In this document: positions 49,728 through 61,122 of the stretch, piece after piece
Layout of the letters: each line of letters begins with the position of its first letter
How positions within the stretch are numbered: position 1 is the stretch's first letter
NCBI GenBank assembly: GCA_002269645.1
Contig: NIVC01000001.1
Location: 310,001-374,000 of the forward strand
DNA from: Macrostomum lignano
Taxonomy: Eukaryota
DNA length: 64,000 nt
Reading direction: 5' to 3'
Made by a program: the position numbers and the translations under genes
Notes under the pieces: model-generated
What the model was told of the DNA's origin: nothing
The model's database searches: none
What the model saw: the letters and a program-made list of their open reading frames with translations, nothing else

Positions 49728-50225
49728 CTCTAATCTCTCTCCCTGTCTCTCTAATCTCTCTCCCTGTTTCTCTAATCTCTCTCCCTGTCTCTCTAATCTC
49801 TCTCCCTGTCTCTCTAATCTCTCTCCCTGTCTCTCTAATCTCTCCCTGTCTCTCTAATCTCTCTCCCTGTCTCTCTAATCTCTCTCCCTGTCTCTCTAAT
49901 CTCTCCCTGTCTCTCTAATCTCTCTCCCTGTTTCTCTAATCTCTCTCCCTGTCTCTCTAATCTCTCCCTGTCTCTCTAATCTCTCTCCCTGTTTCTCTAA
50001 TCTCTCTCCCTGTCTCTCTAATCTCCTATGAGTATCTCATCTCTATCTCTCTCACCTCCTCATCCCTACCCCTCTCTCATCCCCTATCCCTCACTCATCC
50101 CCTATCCCTCACTCATCCTCTATCCCTCACTCATTCTCTATCCCTCACTCATCCTCTATCCCTCACTCATCCTCTATCCCTCACTCATCCCCTATCCCTC
50201 ATCTCATATCCCTCACTCCCTATCT
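49728..50225. repeat. Two adjacent pyrimidine-rich minisatellites (19-21-bp and 18-bp units)
   Basis: TCTCTAATCTCTCTCCCTGTC, then CTATCCCTCACTCATCC[C/T]. Confidence 0.92.
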
Positions 50226-50284
50226 CCCTGACGCAAACAAGTAACTCACTCCAGCTCACCCAAAACCAACCGCATCATCCCCAG

Positions 50285-50759
50285 TCTCTGTGAGATCATC
50301 CGGCAGCAGAGCTTTCGCATTTGGCTTGTGGCCACTCCGCATTCGCCACGACAAATCCTGGAGCTGCAGCAGAAGCAGCAGCAGCAGCAGCAGCAGGAGC
50401 AGCAGGAGCAGCAGAAGCCAACTGACTTTAGAGTTCTAACCGACAGTCGAGGCTCTGTCTGTGCAGCTGACTGGCAGTTTGAAATGCTAGCGAAATTCGA
50501 CTGTGCCAGGCCCATCGGGCGCAGACTGGTGTCGGTCAGGCGGTCGGTGACGGCTGGCCCAGCAGCGTCCGACATGGACAGTCGCGAGGATGAGGCTGCC
50601 AATCTGCCGCTGCAGGCTGTCACAGGAGTCACGTGCAACGACGCCCAGCAGCTGGTTTGGCGGGCCGCATCAAAGAGTTCTGCGGCTGACGTGCTGCTGA
50701 TACCCGCCAGGAGGCCGGGTGACTCTGGCCGCACAGAGGACAGTAGAAGCGGGGGCTGA
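50285..50759 (+). CDS. Unidentified protein, last exon
   Basis: Acceptor CCCCAG|T, phase 2; LCEIIRQQSFRIWLVATPHS...polyQ...; TGA at 50757-50759. Confidence 0.7.
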
Positions 50760-50864
50760 TGTACTGACTGATTGATTGATTGACCTAAGGAGTTTGGCTC
50801 AACCTAATCAGAGAGGAGAGACCCCAAGAGATCCCAGCCAATCGAAAAGTAGAGTGAGAAAAAA

Positions 50865-51975
50865 AGCTTCCAGCCAATCAGAGACCAGGGTGAAACAGGA
50901 GGTACGATAGCCAATCAGAGCAGTGTGAAACAGAAAAGATATCCCAGCCAATCAGAGCATAGAGTAAGACAGGTGAGATATCCCAGCCAATCAGAGCACA
51001 GTGAGACAAGTGAGATATCCCAGCCAATCAGAGCACAGAGTGAGACAGGTGATATATCCCATCCAATCAGAGCACAGAGTAAGACAGGTGAGATATCCCA
51101 GCCAATCAGAGCACAGAGTGAGACAGGTGATATATCCCAGCCAATCAGAGCACAGAGTGAGACAGGTGATATATCCCATCCAATCAGAGCACAGAGTGAG
51201 ACAGGTGATATATCCCATCCAATCAGAGCACAGAGTAAGACAGGTGATATATCCCATCCAATCAGAGCACAGAGTAAGACAGGTGATATATCCCATCCAA
51301 TCAGAGCACAGAGTGAGACAGGTGATATATCCCAGCCAATCAGAGCACAGAGTGAGACAGGTGATATATCCCATTCAATCAGAGCACAGAGTGAGACAGG
51401 TGATATACCCCATCCAATCAGAGCACAGAGTGAGACAGGTGAGATATTGCAGCCAATCAGAGCACAGAGTGAGACAGGTGATATATCCCAGCCAATCAGA
51501 GCACAGAGTGAGACAGGTGAGATATTGCAGCCAATCAGAGCACAGAGTGAGACAGGTGATATATCCCAGCCAATCAGAGCACAGAGTGAGACAGGTGATA
51601 TATCCCATCCAATCAGAGCACAGAGTGAGACAGGTGATATATCCCATTCAATCAGAGCACAGAGTGAGACATGTGATATACCCCATCCAATCAGAGCACA
51701 GAGTGAGACAGGTGAGATATTGCAGCCAATCAGAGCACAGAGTGAGACAGGTGATATATCCCAGCCAATCAGAGCACAGAGTGAGACAGGTGAGATATTG
51801 CAGCCAATCAGAGCACAGAGTGAGACAGGTGATATATCCCAGCCAATCAGAGCACAGAGTGAGACAGGTGAGATATTGCAGCCAATCAGAGCACAGAGTG
51901 AGACAGGTGAGATATTGCAGCCAATCAGAGCACAGAGTGAGAAGTGAGACAGGTGAGATATTACAGCCAATCAGA
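50865..51975. repeat. Minisatellite, 39-bp unit containing CCAATCAGAG
   Basis: CAGCCAATCAGAGCACAGAGTGAGACAGGTGATATATCC, about 27 copies. Confidence 0.97.
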
Positions 51976-53158
51976 GTTAAGTCAGCCGTTATGTTCACTT
52001 TGTAGTCTTGTGAAAGATATCATATTTATATCATAATTATTAAATGAGAATCGGGAATGCCATTGTTTAAATACTCGATTCAATTGATGTACAGCCATGT
52101 GTATCGCATATGTAATTTAATTTATTAATTATGATATCGCATCTTTATGAGCGATGATTTCAATACAACAATAATGATTAATATCTTCATCTCCTCAATG
52201 TATCTGTCGGTTTTAAAATATTAATATATAAAATTTAAAAATTTCGAACAACATCGCCTCCTTTGAAGCACCAAATAAATCGTGAGTCACCGTCCCAAAG
52301 AGCGTAACTCAAAAGAGATCTAATCAAAAACTTTATACTTTTTATTTCGATTTTTTCCGTGTCAACACGCCAATGGAACTCCAATTGAAATCACAAATAA
52401 TATTGCAGGAAAGTTCACGCTTGAATTCAGCAACCGATTAAACATTTTCCGATATTAAATTTGAAAACAAAAAATCAAAACAAAATCACAAATATAAACA
52501 TGGAATGTCGAACTCTCAAGTTGAAAAAGTAAATTGATAAAAAATGGATTATAGAAATTGGTTGGCCCGCGAGAAATTTTATTCGTCATATTGTGTCAAT
52601 GAGTTTGTTTTATTGGTCTGTGCGCATTTAAACAAATTGATTAAAATTTAAAAAAACAGTTATAATTGTAAGCAATTATAATTGCACCGAAGCTTATCAG
52701 ATAACTGACTGATACTCCTTAGCAGGTGCCATTGCGTGTGTCCAGCACAATGAAAACATTGATCTGATAGATAAATGAATTATTTGATATATTCGTTAGT
52801 GCATAGTAAATTTATGTTCAATATAATGTAGAGAAAGGCTTATACATTTGCTATACTATTCAGTCGTTTTGAAATACACGCAAATACATCAAAAGATTTC
52901 TAATCAAAGTACAAAACTAAACAAAGCCCAATTAAAACAATAAAAGTACAAAAAGGCGAATAAATACTTGGCAATGGGAAGGCATTGATCATTTGACGCA
53001 AAAATATAAACTAATTAATTACCAATTAATTTTTTGTTGCAATCAAAGGCGCCGTGTTGCAGTCGAATGTGTTCGTAAAAATTAACTGATTGACAAGAAT
53101 AATATTTTTATGACTCATTTTGAGCGCAGATGACAAATCAAGCAACCCTGCACACTTA

Positions 53159-54041
53159 CGGTGGCTCATATTTTGCAAAGGTTTGAGTTCCAAAATCGGT
53201 CAGCCCCACAGATACTAGAATAACTACTAGATAGACCATTCAGCACATTTGCGTGCCAGCTACTTTCAGTAGTAAGTTAAACTGAAGCATTTTGATGTAT
53301 TTTTTAAAGACAAGGCTTATTTATTGGCTCTTACCCTCAAGCTTAAACCCTCCGACTCTATACAGAGCTTCTACCCCTGCCCGCCACCCAATTTTTATTG
53401 CCTTCCCAAATCTGTTCATTTCAGTGGCTAATGTACATTATGATGGCTAGCTGAACCAATTACCAATTAATTAAGCTTGGGCTTCTAAACTTATCAAAGT
53501 CATTTAAGCTGCCTTTATTTTTATAAAATAGCTTACGTGTTCTTCATTGCTACTGAACTGAAAGTAGAAAGCTGTTTTTGTGTATTATTTGTGTCTGAGT
53601 ATTTGTGTCTGAGTGGCCCATTTAGTTATTTTAGTATCTGTGGTCAGCCCTTTAATTATCTCACTGCTGTCTACTGACTGCTAATGCATAGAATAAGTTA
53701 CGACTTTTAGCATCATAACTTCATATGAGCCTAATTATAACTTAAACAGTAATTATAACTTAATTATAACTTAATTGTAACTTAAACAGCTGGGTGAACT
53801 GAAGCGATGCGGAGTTAAGTGTCTTGCTCAAGGCCACAAATTATCCCGAGTGGGTCGAGAATCGAACCCCCGACCTTCCAGTCGCGAGTCCGACGCTCTA
53901 ACCACTAGGCTACAACCCCCACTTCATTACAAGCGTAATTTGCACTATAGGACATTGAAGTTGTTCGCTGTATTTATTGGGAATAAAAATGTAAGGGCCG
54001 ACCGATTTAAAATTGAAACCTTTGCAAAATATGAGCCACCC
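53159..54041. mobile_element. Non-autonomous Tc1/mariner-type DNA element (MITE), about 883 bp
   Basis: Imperfect ~50-bp terminal inverted repeats with a 25-bp identical core GGTGGCTCATATTTTGCAAAGGTTT. TA directly flanks both ends (53157-58 and 54042-43). AT-rich non-coding interior. Confidence 0.75.
53730..53919 (-). mobile_element. tRNA-derived SINE with a CORE-like body, nested in the MITE
   Basis: Head GGTTGTAGCCTAGTGGTTAGAGCG (A box) ... GGTTCGATTCTCGACCC (B box), then TGTGGCCTTGAGCAAGACACTTAAC...CTTCAGTT and a simple-repeat tail (AGTTATAATTA)n. Confidence 0.75.
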
Positions 54042-54098
54042 TACTGCACCCAGCACAGGCATTTCGCATTGCCTGACAACCCGTTTGTCTGTGGGTTT

Positions 54099-54461
54099 TC
54101 ACGCCTCCGTTTCCCCGGCGCCGCCACCGCCCGCGTCCTCCAGCAGCCGCAGTGGGATCGGCACCGACTTCAACTGCGTCGCGTCGCGCTGGAATGCCAG
54201 CCGAATTGGCTGCATCTGCTTGACGTCGATGAACAGAGCTTTGGGATCGCGCTGTTGCTGCTGCCGCTGCTGGTGGAGCTCCCTGATCCGAGCTTCCACC
54301 CTGGCGATGAAGTCCGCGCTCACCTTTTGATCGAAGTCATCGTGCGAATTGTACATCTCTAGCAGCTTCTTCACCTGCCCTGGCGCCAGCAGGTTCGTTG
54401 TAGTTGCTATGGTTACAGCATCCTCTGCTGTCTGCTTGTTGGCCTGGAGCAGCTGGCAGGC
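54099..54461 (-). CDS. Myo5: Myosin V last exon (DIL C-terminus)
   Basis: ACACAG|GCC; ACQLLQANK...LAPGQVKKLLEMY...FDQKVSADFI; TGA stop. Confidence 0.9.
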   Translation of the reverse strand, partial: ACQLLQANKQTAEDAVTIATTTNLLAPGQVKKLLEMYNSHDDFDQKVSADFIARVEARIRELHQQRQQQQRDPKALFIDVKQMQPIRLAFQRDATQLKSVPIPLRLLEDAGGGGAGETEA

Positions 54462-54529
54462 CTGTGTGCGGAGCGGCGGCATTGCAGGGCTGTTTTCGTG
54501 CGTTGATTATGCAATTTGAATTTTCAAAA

Positions 54530-54950
54530 TGAAGTAGGACGGCGGATTTTGTAGGGAGAATTTTAGTAGGGGCGGATTTTCTAAAACTTAGCCGGAAGAG
54601 GGGGCGGATTTTGTAGGATGAAGCCATATTAGGGGGGGGGTTTCTAGGATGAAGCCATATTAGGGGGGGGGGTTTCTAGGATGAAGCCATATTAGGGGGG
54701 GGTTTCTAGGATGAAGCCATATTAGGGGGGCGGATTTTGTAAGATTAAGCCATATTAGGGGGGCGGATTTTGTAAGATGAAGCCATATTAGGGGGGCGGT
54801 TTTGTAGGATGAAGCCATATTAGGGGGGCGGTTTTGTAAGATGAAGCCGGATTGGGGTGGGGGCGGATTTTGTAAGATGAAGCCGGATTGGGGTGGGGGC
54901 GGATTTTGTAAGATGAAGCCGGATTGGGGGCGGATTTTGTAGTGTAAGGA
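54530..54950. repeat. ~33-bp minisatellite with G-runs (last myosin intron)
   Basis: GGATTTTGTAGGATGAAGCCATATTAGGGGGG. Confidence 0.9.
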
Positions 54951-54987
54951 GTGAAGCTGTGCACACGGTAGAGGGCGGATTTATTAC

Positions 54988-55197
54988 CTGGACCAGCGGC
55001 TCCAATGCGGTCAGTGCAGCGGAGACGTCCAGCTCTCGCAGGGCGGACTCCAGCTGCGACAGGCAGTAGCGCAGCTGCATACCCCGGGACCAATGGCACA
55101 GCTCCCGCCGCAGCATCAGCTGATTGAAGCAGTGGCCGCACAGCCAGCGCAAAGTTTGCTCAACCAGCTGGGCGAGGGCCTCGTCCGGCAGTCCGGC
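54988..55197 (-). CDS. Myo5: Myosin V Dilute (DIL) domain exon
   Basis: TTTCAG|GCC ... CAG|GTAATA; FNQLMLRRELCHWSRGMQLRYCLSQLE...LEPLVQ. Confidence 0.92.
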
Positions 55198-55688
55198 CTG
55201 AAATTGCGCAATAGCAGAGATTCTCTGGTGAGCACAGAGATCAGAGACCTGCACCGGGCAGCTGCCAATGCCCGATGAAGACGGTACCAAGGTAGCACAG
55301 GTAAAATGGGAGAAAAGTGACTCCAGACGACTTTCAAACGACGGTACAAGTCGCTAAGAAGTAGTTAGAGTCGCTTTTGAATCGCTGAGTTGCGTCTTAA
55401 GCGCATCTGCAACGTCACTTTATGAATAAGAATCGCATTTCGCAATCATAAAAACTCTATTTAGTCTACTTGAGTTAGTAGACACTTTAGCGCTAACACA
55501 ACGACTCTTGGGCGGCTTTTTCACGACTCTTTAACGATTCTGCAGCTCACGTGATGCCCTCGTGACTCAACAGTCGCCTCTCAGTCGCACTGCAGTCGTT
55601 TGAGTCGTTAAAGAGTCAAAAGAGTCGCTAGAGTCACTGGTGAGTGTATTGCAATGACTCCTTAGCGATTCGATCTTGTCACGGTATG

Positions 55689-55790
55689 CTCAGTGAAGTG
55701 TACATGCCTAACGATAAATAAAGTTAGGGCCGCTGTACACTCCTGTGTGACTGCGTACGTATCCGCGCGCTTGTGTGCCTGCTCAGGGGA
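55689..55790 (+). mobile_element. SINE family B core fragment in a myosin intron
   Basis: 54/60 nt identical to 15743-15802 by manual alignment. Confidence 0.6.
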
Positions 55791-56364
55791 GTCGGCGGAA
55801 TGGGCAGGTTGTGAGACAATTAAGGACCACTGTACTCGTAGCATCACAGGATTTGTAATTAAATTGCTGCATTCAGGTACTGTTAAGTTCATAACTCGTA
55901 GTTCCATTTCAATGCATATTAGTAGATATTCCTAGACCTTTCTAAATAATTAAATGCAATTAAATAAAAGTCTCCAAATATTAATTTTTCATATTGTTGC
56001 TCACCTAGTCTTTAGAAAGCCATTAGAAGGCCAATTTTTAAGCCGAGGCCTTGCTTAAGGCTAAGATCGAACATTTTGATTACAAATATACTCGATTTAG
56101 GACGCAACAAAACAAAAATGTTAATCTTCACTGCCCCAGATCAAATGCGATCATTGATTTTATGATAAAAATGATCTGTCCCATCTCCGCAGTGTATTTT
56201 TTCCACGCAGGAAAGTGCCTTCTAAAAATTACACTATCTTTGAGTTTCACGTTCTGTTTATACTACAGTGGTCCTTGGTAACAATGTGCCTAAAGTGCGC
56301 AAGGGTGCACACAGCCCCCCCCCCAGTCTCCATTCTCCATTAAAAACAGACAGGTGCGCCTCAC

Positions 56365-56742
56365 CTGTCTAGCGCAGCGCACGAGCTCGCAGCAGCGCTG
56401 GCTGATAGTCTCAAACGCGGCTCGGCACTTCTCCTGGTCCGGCCGCTTCTTCATGACGTTCGGCAGGCCGGGAATGGCGTCAAACTCCAGCAGGCCGAGC
56501 ACCAGGGTCTGCGAGGGCAGGCTCCGCTGCATGGCGACGCACACCTGCTGGTAGCACCACACGCTCAGCTCGTGGAAGCTTGTCTGAAAGTCTTCGAGAT
56601 CGAATCGGTTCAGCTGAAGGTCGCGCTCCTCCTCGGTGTTGTCGGCTGAGTACTGCTCGATGCCGCCGTACTGACGGAGAAGGTTCAGCAGCCGGTGACA
56701 GCAGGACAGCACCAGCAACTGGCCGGAGAGGTCTTTGGCTTG
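56365..56742 (-). CDS. Myo5: Myosin V globular tail exon
   Basis: CAACAG|CAA ... CAG|GTGAGG; HRLLNLLRQYGG...LNRFDLEDF...LLEFDAIPGL. Confidence 0.9.
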
Positions 56743-57039
56743 CTGTTGTCCACGACAATGAAAATATAGGTCAAATTAATTTACAATTGATAATAAAAAA
56801 CCAAGTATTGCTAAGGAAAAGGCGACATTCTATCTTGTGACTTCTTAGGCCTACAGATATTAGAATAATCTAGATATGCCGCTTGTAGGATATGCTTTTC
56901 AGCAGTCAAATTCGCGTTTCTTCCCATTATCTTTTATTTCTAAAGAGAGAAGAGTACTTGGCGCCCTAACCCCAACCACCAGCCAGGCCGATAACACAGT
57001 TTGGCTTTCCTCTTGCCCGCTTGTGTCTGACTCTCCTTA

Positions 57040-57250
57040 CTGCTCTCTCATTGGCTGAGCTAGATTGGGCCTGCCCCCCCACTAGGCTTGGTTCCGTCCG
57101 TCTGACTTTGACATCTCTCCATGCTGCTCTCTCATTGGCTGAGCTAGATTGGGCCTGCCCCCCCACTAGGCTGGGTTTCATCCGTCTGACTTTGATATCT
57201 CTCCATGCTGCTCTCTCATTGGCTGAGCCAGATTGGGCCTGCCCCCTAGG
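57040..57250. repeat. 84-bp tandem duplication, about 2.5 copies
   Basis: CTCTCTCATTGGCTGAGCTAGATTGGGCCTGCCCCCC recurs at about 57043, 57127 and 57211. Confidence 0.9.
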
Positions 57251-57659
57251 CTGTCTTGTCTGTCTTGCATTCACTTGTGTACATTGTGTTAAATGTTTGT
57301 TGTTCATTCTTGACCCCATGCTCCCGAGGCCAAAAAGAAAGGAAAGAAATTTTTTAAGTAACACCGTGCAGACAAACTACTGAAAAAGACTAGAAGCTCT
57401 ACTTTTCACAACTTCAATTGCAAGTGACATATTTAGATATTCTCTTGCATCTATGGTTGAAGATTTTTAAACATAGACAAAGACAATTCTCTCTTTTAGC
57501 CATGGTTTCAACCATAGACAAATCGAAAAATCGATACGTCAAATCTGGATTGATTTTTCCTATAGTTTAGCTCGCAATATGCAATATGTGATATGTGAAA
57601 ACTTTAACCACAGCCCAAAAGTTCTGCCCACTCCAAAAGCATTGAATATTGCATTATAC

Positions 57660-57938
57660 CTTGCAGTGCTCCCGCCAGGCCTGAACAGTCTGTGACAGCA
57701 GGTGCTCTACAATCTTGTCCTGCTTGTTGGCGTCGCACCAGCGAACTGCGCAGAAGATGAGGTAGGGCGCGTGGCCAGGCTCCTCCAGCTTCAGCACCGA
57801 CCTGGCGAGCTCCGCCGCCTTCTCCATGCTGGGCACGGGGATCAGCGCCTGGTGATCCGTCTCGTTGAGCGCCAGGTCCGAGTGCCGCCTCAGGCGCTTG
57901 TTCTCCGATTCAAAGCGCTCGTTCTCCGCGCGGAGCTC
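57660..57938 (-). CDS. Myo5: Myosin V exon: start of globular tail
   Basis: CCCCAG|GAG ... AAG|GTATAA; APYLIFCAVRWCDANKQDKIVEHLL resembles the myosin V 'PAYILFMCIRHADY.NDD' motif. Confidence 0.9.
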
Positions 57939-57954
57939 CTGGGGGGGGGGGGGA

Positions 57955-58225
57955 AGGAGGATGTCTGAGGATGTGGCAAGGTGTCTGAAGATGTGGCAGG
58001 GTGTCTGAGGATGTGGCAAGGTGTCTGAGGATGTAGCAAGGTGTCTGAGGATGTGGCAGGGTGTCTGAGGATGTGGCAGGGTGTCTGAGGATGTGGCAAG
58101 GTGTCTGAGGATGTAGCAAGGTGTCTGAGGATGTAGCAAGGTGTCTGAGGATGTGGCAGGGTGTTTGAGGATGTGACAAGGTATCTGGGGTGTGATAGAA
58201 TGTCTGGGGATGTGGTAGTGTCTGG
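57955..58225. repeat. Minisatellite, 20-bp unit
   Basis: GTGTCTGAGGATGTGGCAAG. Confidence 0.95.
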
Positions 58226-58239
58226 GAAGGGCTACTCAC

Positions 58240-58668
58240 CAAATTCTCTTCCAGAATTCTCGCAAGCTCAAACTTCACAACGGAGTCAGCGCTGTCCAAA
58301 GCGGACGAACTGAGCAGGGAGTTCATCTGAGTGAGCAGTTTATGCTGCCGGCCCTTGTCATTCTCCAGCTGCTCAATGATTCGAGTTTTGCCGTTCAGCT
58401 TCTCCATGAGCTCGTCCAGCTCATTCTGCAGTCGCCGATTCACCTGCTGCAGAGTCTGGTAGGCCGTCTCCAGCTCACCGTCCTCGTTCAGCAGCTCCGA
58501 GTTGCCGCCGTAGCGCTCGCTGACCAGCTGGTCACCGATGGCGGCCTTCAGCCGGAGACACTCCTCGCGGCGGACCTCGAGCTCCTGGCGGAGGCTGTCC
58601 AGCTGCTGCATCACCGCCTCCTTGCCGCCCACGCCTTTCAGAGCCGCTGATTGGAGCGTTTTCAGCTC
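58240..58668 (-). CDS. Myo5: Myosin V coiled-coil exon
   Basis: CTCCAG|GAG ... TTG|GTGAGT; LEVRREECLRLK and ELLNEDGELETAYQTLQQVNRRL resemble the myosin V medial tail. Confidence 0.9.
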
Positions 58669-58741
58669 CTGGAGAATTTTTCGAAACGCTTTTGTTCAGT
58701 AAATCGATTGACAAATCGAAAAGCATTAATAATTTAGGCAG

Positions 58742-59295
58742 ACTTCCAGCCAATCAGAGATCAGCTGTTACGAGTTATGTAGGGGAATACTGTCAGCCAA
58801 TCAAAGATGAGCTATGATATAGGCAAAGATTTCCAGCCAATCAAAGATCAGCTAGGATGTAGGAGAAGACTTCCAGCCAATCAAAGATCAGCTATGAATA
58901 GGCAAATACTTTCAGCCAATCAGAGATCAGCTATGATACAGGCAAAGATTTTAAGCTAATCAGAGATCAGCTATGATATAGGCAAAGACTTCCAGCCAAT
59001 CAGAGATCAGCTATGATATAGGAAAAGACGTCCAGCCAATCAGAGATCAGCTATGATGTAGGAGAATACTACCAGCCAATCATAGATTAGCTATGATATA
59101 TGCAGACTTTCAGCAAATCAGAGATCAGCTATGATATAGGCAAAGACTTCCAGCCAATCAGAGATTAGCTGTGATATGGGCAAAGACTTCTAGCCAATCA
59201 GAGATCAGCTATGATGTACGCTCGTAGTAGAATACTGCCAGCCAATCAGATATCAGTAGTATGTAGTAGAATACTGCCAGCCAACAGAGATCAGT
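58742..59295. repeat. Minisatellite, 40-bp unit containing CAGCCAATCAGAG
   Basis: TTCCAGCCAATCAGAGATCAGCTATGATATAGGCAAAGAC. Confidence 0.93.
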
Positions 59296-59300
59296 AGTAC

Positions 59301-59599
59301 CTGCTCAAGCTTCTTGATGTACCCCTGCTCAACGACTCTTTGACTTGACAGGCTGGTGCGACCCTTGGCAGCCTGCTGCTCGATCATCTTGTCCACCTGG
59401 CGCTGCAGATTCCGCCTGGCCTGCTCGCTGGCCGACAGGCGCTTCTGCAGCTGCAGCAGCAGTGACACCGGCCCGTCTGCAGCCCGCTCGGCGCCTCCGC
59501 CGTCTGTGCGGGAGCGCGGCCGCTGAAGAACCTGGCTGCTGCTGCCACCGCCGTCTGCAGCGCCGCTGGCACCGTCGGCGATGTCCATTTGAGCCGCGT
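59301..59599 (-). CDS. Myo5: Myosin V medial tail exon
   Basis: AACAG|AC ... CAG|GTACTA; VSLLLQLQKRLSASEQARRNLQ; phase 1 to 0. Confidence 0.85.
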
Positions 59600-59779
59600 C
59601 TGTTTTTTGGGGTTTAAGTAGTCTACTATTAGTAAGATATCGTAGATTTTCTATTACTCAGTTTTATATCCAAAGAGTATAATTCAAAAATATAACAAAA
59701 GTCACTTTGTAGTAATGCTTTTAAACTCTTCTCTCGGTCAGATACAATTAGGACCTTAAAAACCATTACTTTTCAACCC

Positions 59780-60085
59780 AACCAATTAAAGAGCAGCTTG
59801 ATGGCTGAAAACCCTCTCCCACAGCTCCAGCCAATTGGAAAGCAGCTTGATGGCTGAAAACCTCTTCCCCAGCTCCAGCCAATTGGAGAGCAGCTTGATG
59901 GCTGAAAACTCTCGCCCCCAACTCCAGCCAATTGGAGAGCAGCTTGCTGGCTGAAAACTCTCTCCCCCAACTCCAGCCAATTGGAGAGCAGCTTGATGGC
60001 TGAAAACCCTCTCACCCAGCTCCAACTAATTGGAGAGCAGCTTGATTGCTGAAAACCCTCTCACCCAGCTCCAACCAATAGAACA
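59780..60085. repeat. Minisatellite, ~49-bp unit containing CAGCCAATTGG
   Basis: AGCAGCTTGATGGCTGAAAAC recurs every 48-49 bp. Confidence 0.93.
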
Positions 60086-60108
60086 GCAGTTTGACGCTAA
60101 AAACTCAC

Positions 60109-60514
60109 CCTCAGGTTGATGAGACACAACAAAGGCGTACTGCCTGGACAAATTATCGTATCGGTTTTGCAGTTTATCATAATTCTCCATCAGCTTCATG
60201 TAGGAGGCGCCATCGGCCTCCGCCTCGGCTATCCGGTCCCGAGCGGTGCGCAGCTGGTCCTCCAGCTGGCCGATTCGAGTCTCCTGTTCGGCGCAAGTCG
60301 CCCTCAGGCGGGTCAGCTCGGCTTCGTACTGATCCCGCTCCACGGTCAGGGACGCCTCCAGCTGCTGGCGGGCGGCCTGCTGGGCGGCCGAGACCTCCTC
60401 GACTGTGGCGGCACTGGCTTGTCGGAGTCGTTCAGCGGCGGCTTCGGCTTCGCGGCGTTCAGCGGCCAGCTGCTGCTCGCGAGCTGCCGCTTCAGCCAGC
60501 TGCCGTTCCAGTTC
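60109..60514 (-). CDS. Myo5: Myosin V coiled-coil exon
   Basis: CTTCAG|GAA ... GAGG|GTGAGT; heptad-rich; phase 0 to 1. Confidence 0.85.
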
Positions 60515-60564
60515 CTGAAGGACAGCGGCGACAGGTGATTCAGCTTTGAAGGCTAGTTTATGAG

Positions 60565-61105
60565 GTGAGGACCTGTCTAACAGAGATGAGGACCTTTCTA
60601 TAAGAGATGAGGACCTGTCTAAAAGAGATGAGGACCTGTCTAAAAGAGATGAGGACCTGTCTAAAAGAGATGAGGACCTGTCTAAAAGAGATGAGGACCT
60701 GTCTAAAAGAGATGAGGACCTGTCCAACAGAGATGAGGACCTGTCTGACAGAGATGAGGACCTGTCTGACAGAGATAAGGACCTGTCTAACAGAGATGAG
60801 GACCTTTCTATAAGAGATGAGGACCTGTCTAAAAGAGATGAGGACCTGTCTAAAAGAGATGAGGACCTGTCTGACAGAGATGAGGACCTGTCTAACATAG
60901 ATGAGGACCTGTCTAACAGAGAGGAGGACCTGTCTAAAAGAGATGAGGACCTTTCTATAAGAGATGAGGACCTGTCTAACAGAGATGAGGACCTTTCTAT
61001 AAGAGATGAGGACCTGTCTAACAGAGATGAGGACCTTTCTATAAGAGATGAGGACCTGTCTAACAGAGATGAGGACCTGTCTGACAGAGATGAGGACCTG
61101 TCTAA
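60565..61105. repeat. Minisatellite, 21-bp unit
   Basis: GAGATGAGGACCTGTCTAACA. Confidence 0.95.
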
Positions 61106-61122
61106 CAGCAATGCAGGCTTAC

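Noticed and set aside
53850-53919. tRNA gene
   Set aside because: The anticodon stem is mispaired and the sequence continues into a SINE body and simple-repeat tail.
54620-54730. TTAGGG telomere-like motifs
   Set aside because: They are single hexamers inside a 33-bp minisatellite unit, not a telomeric tract.
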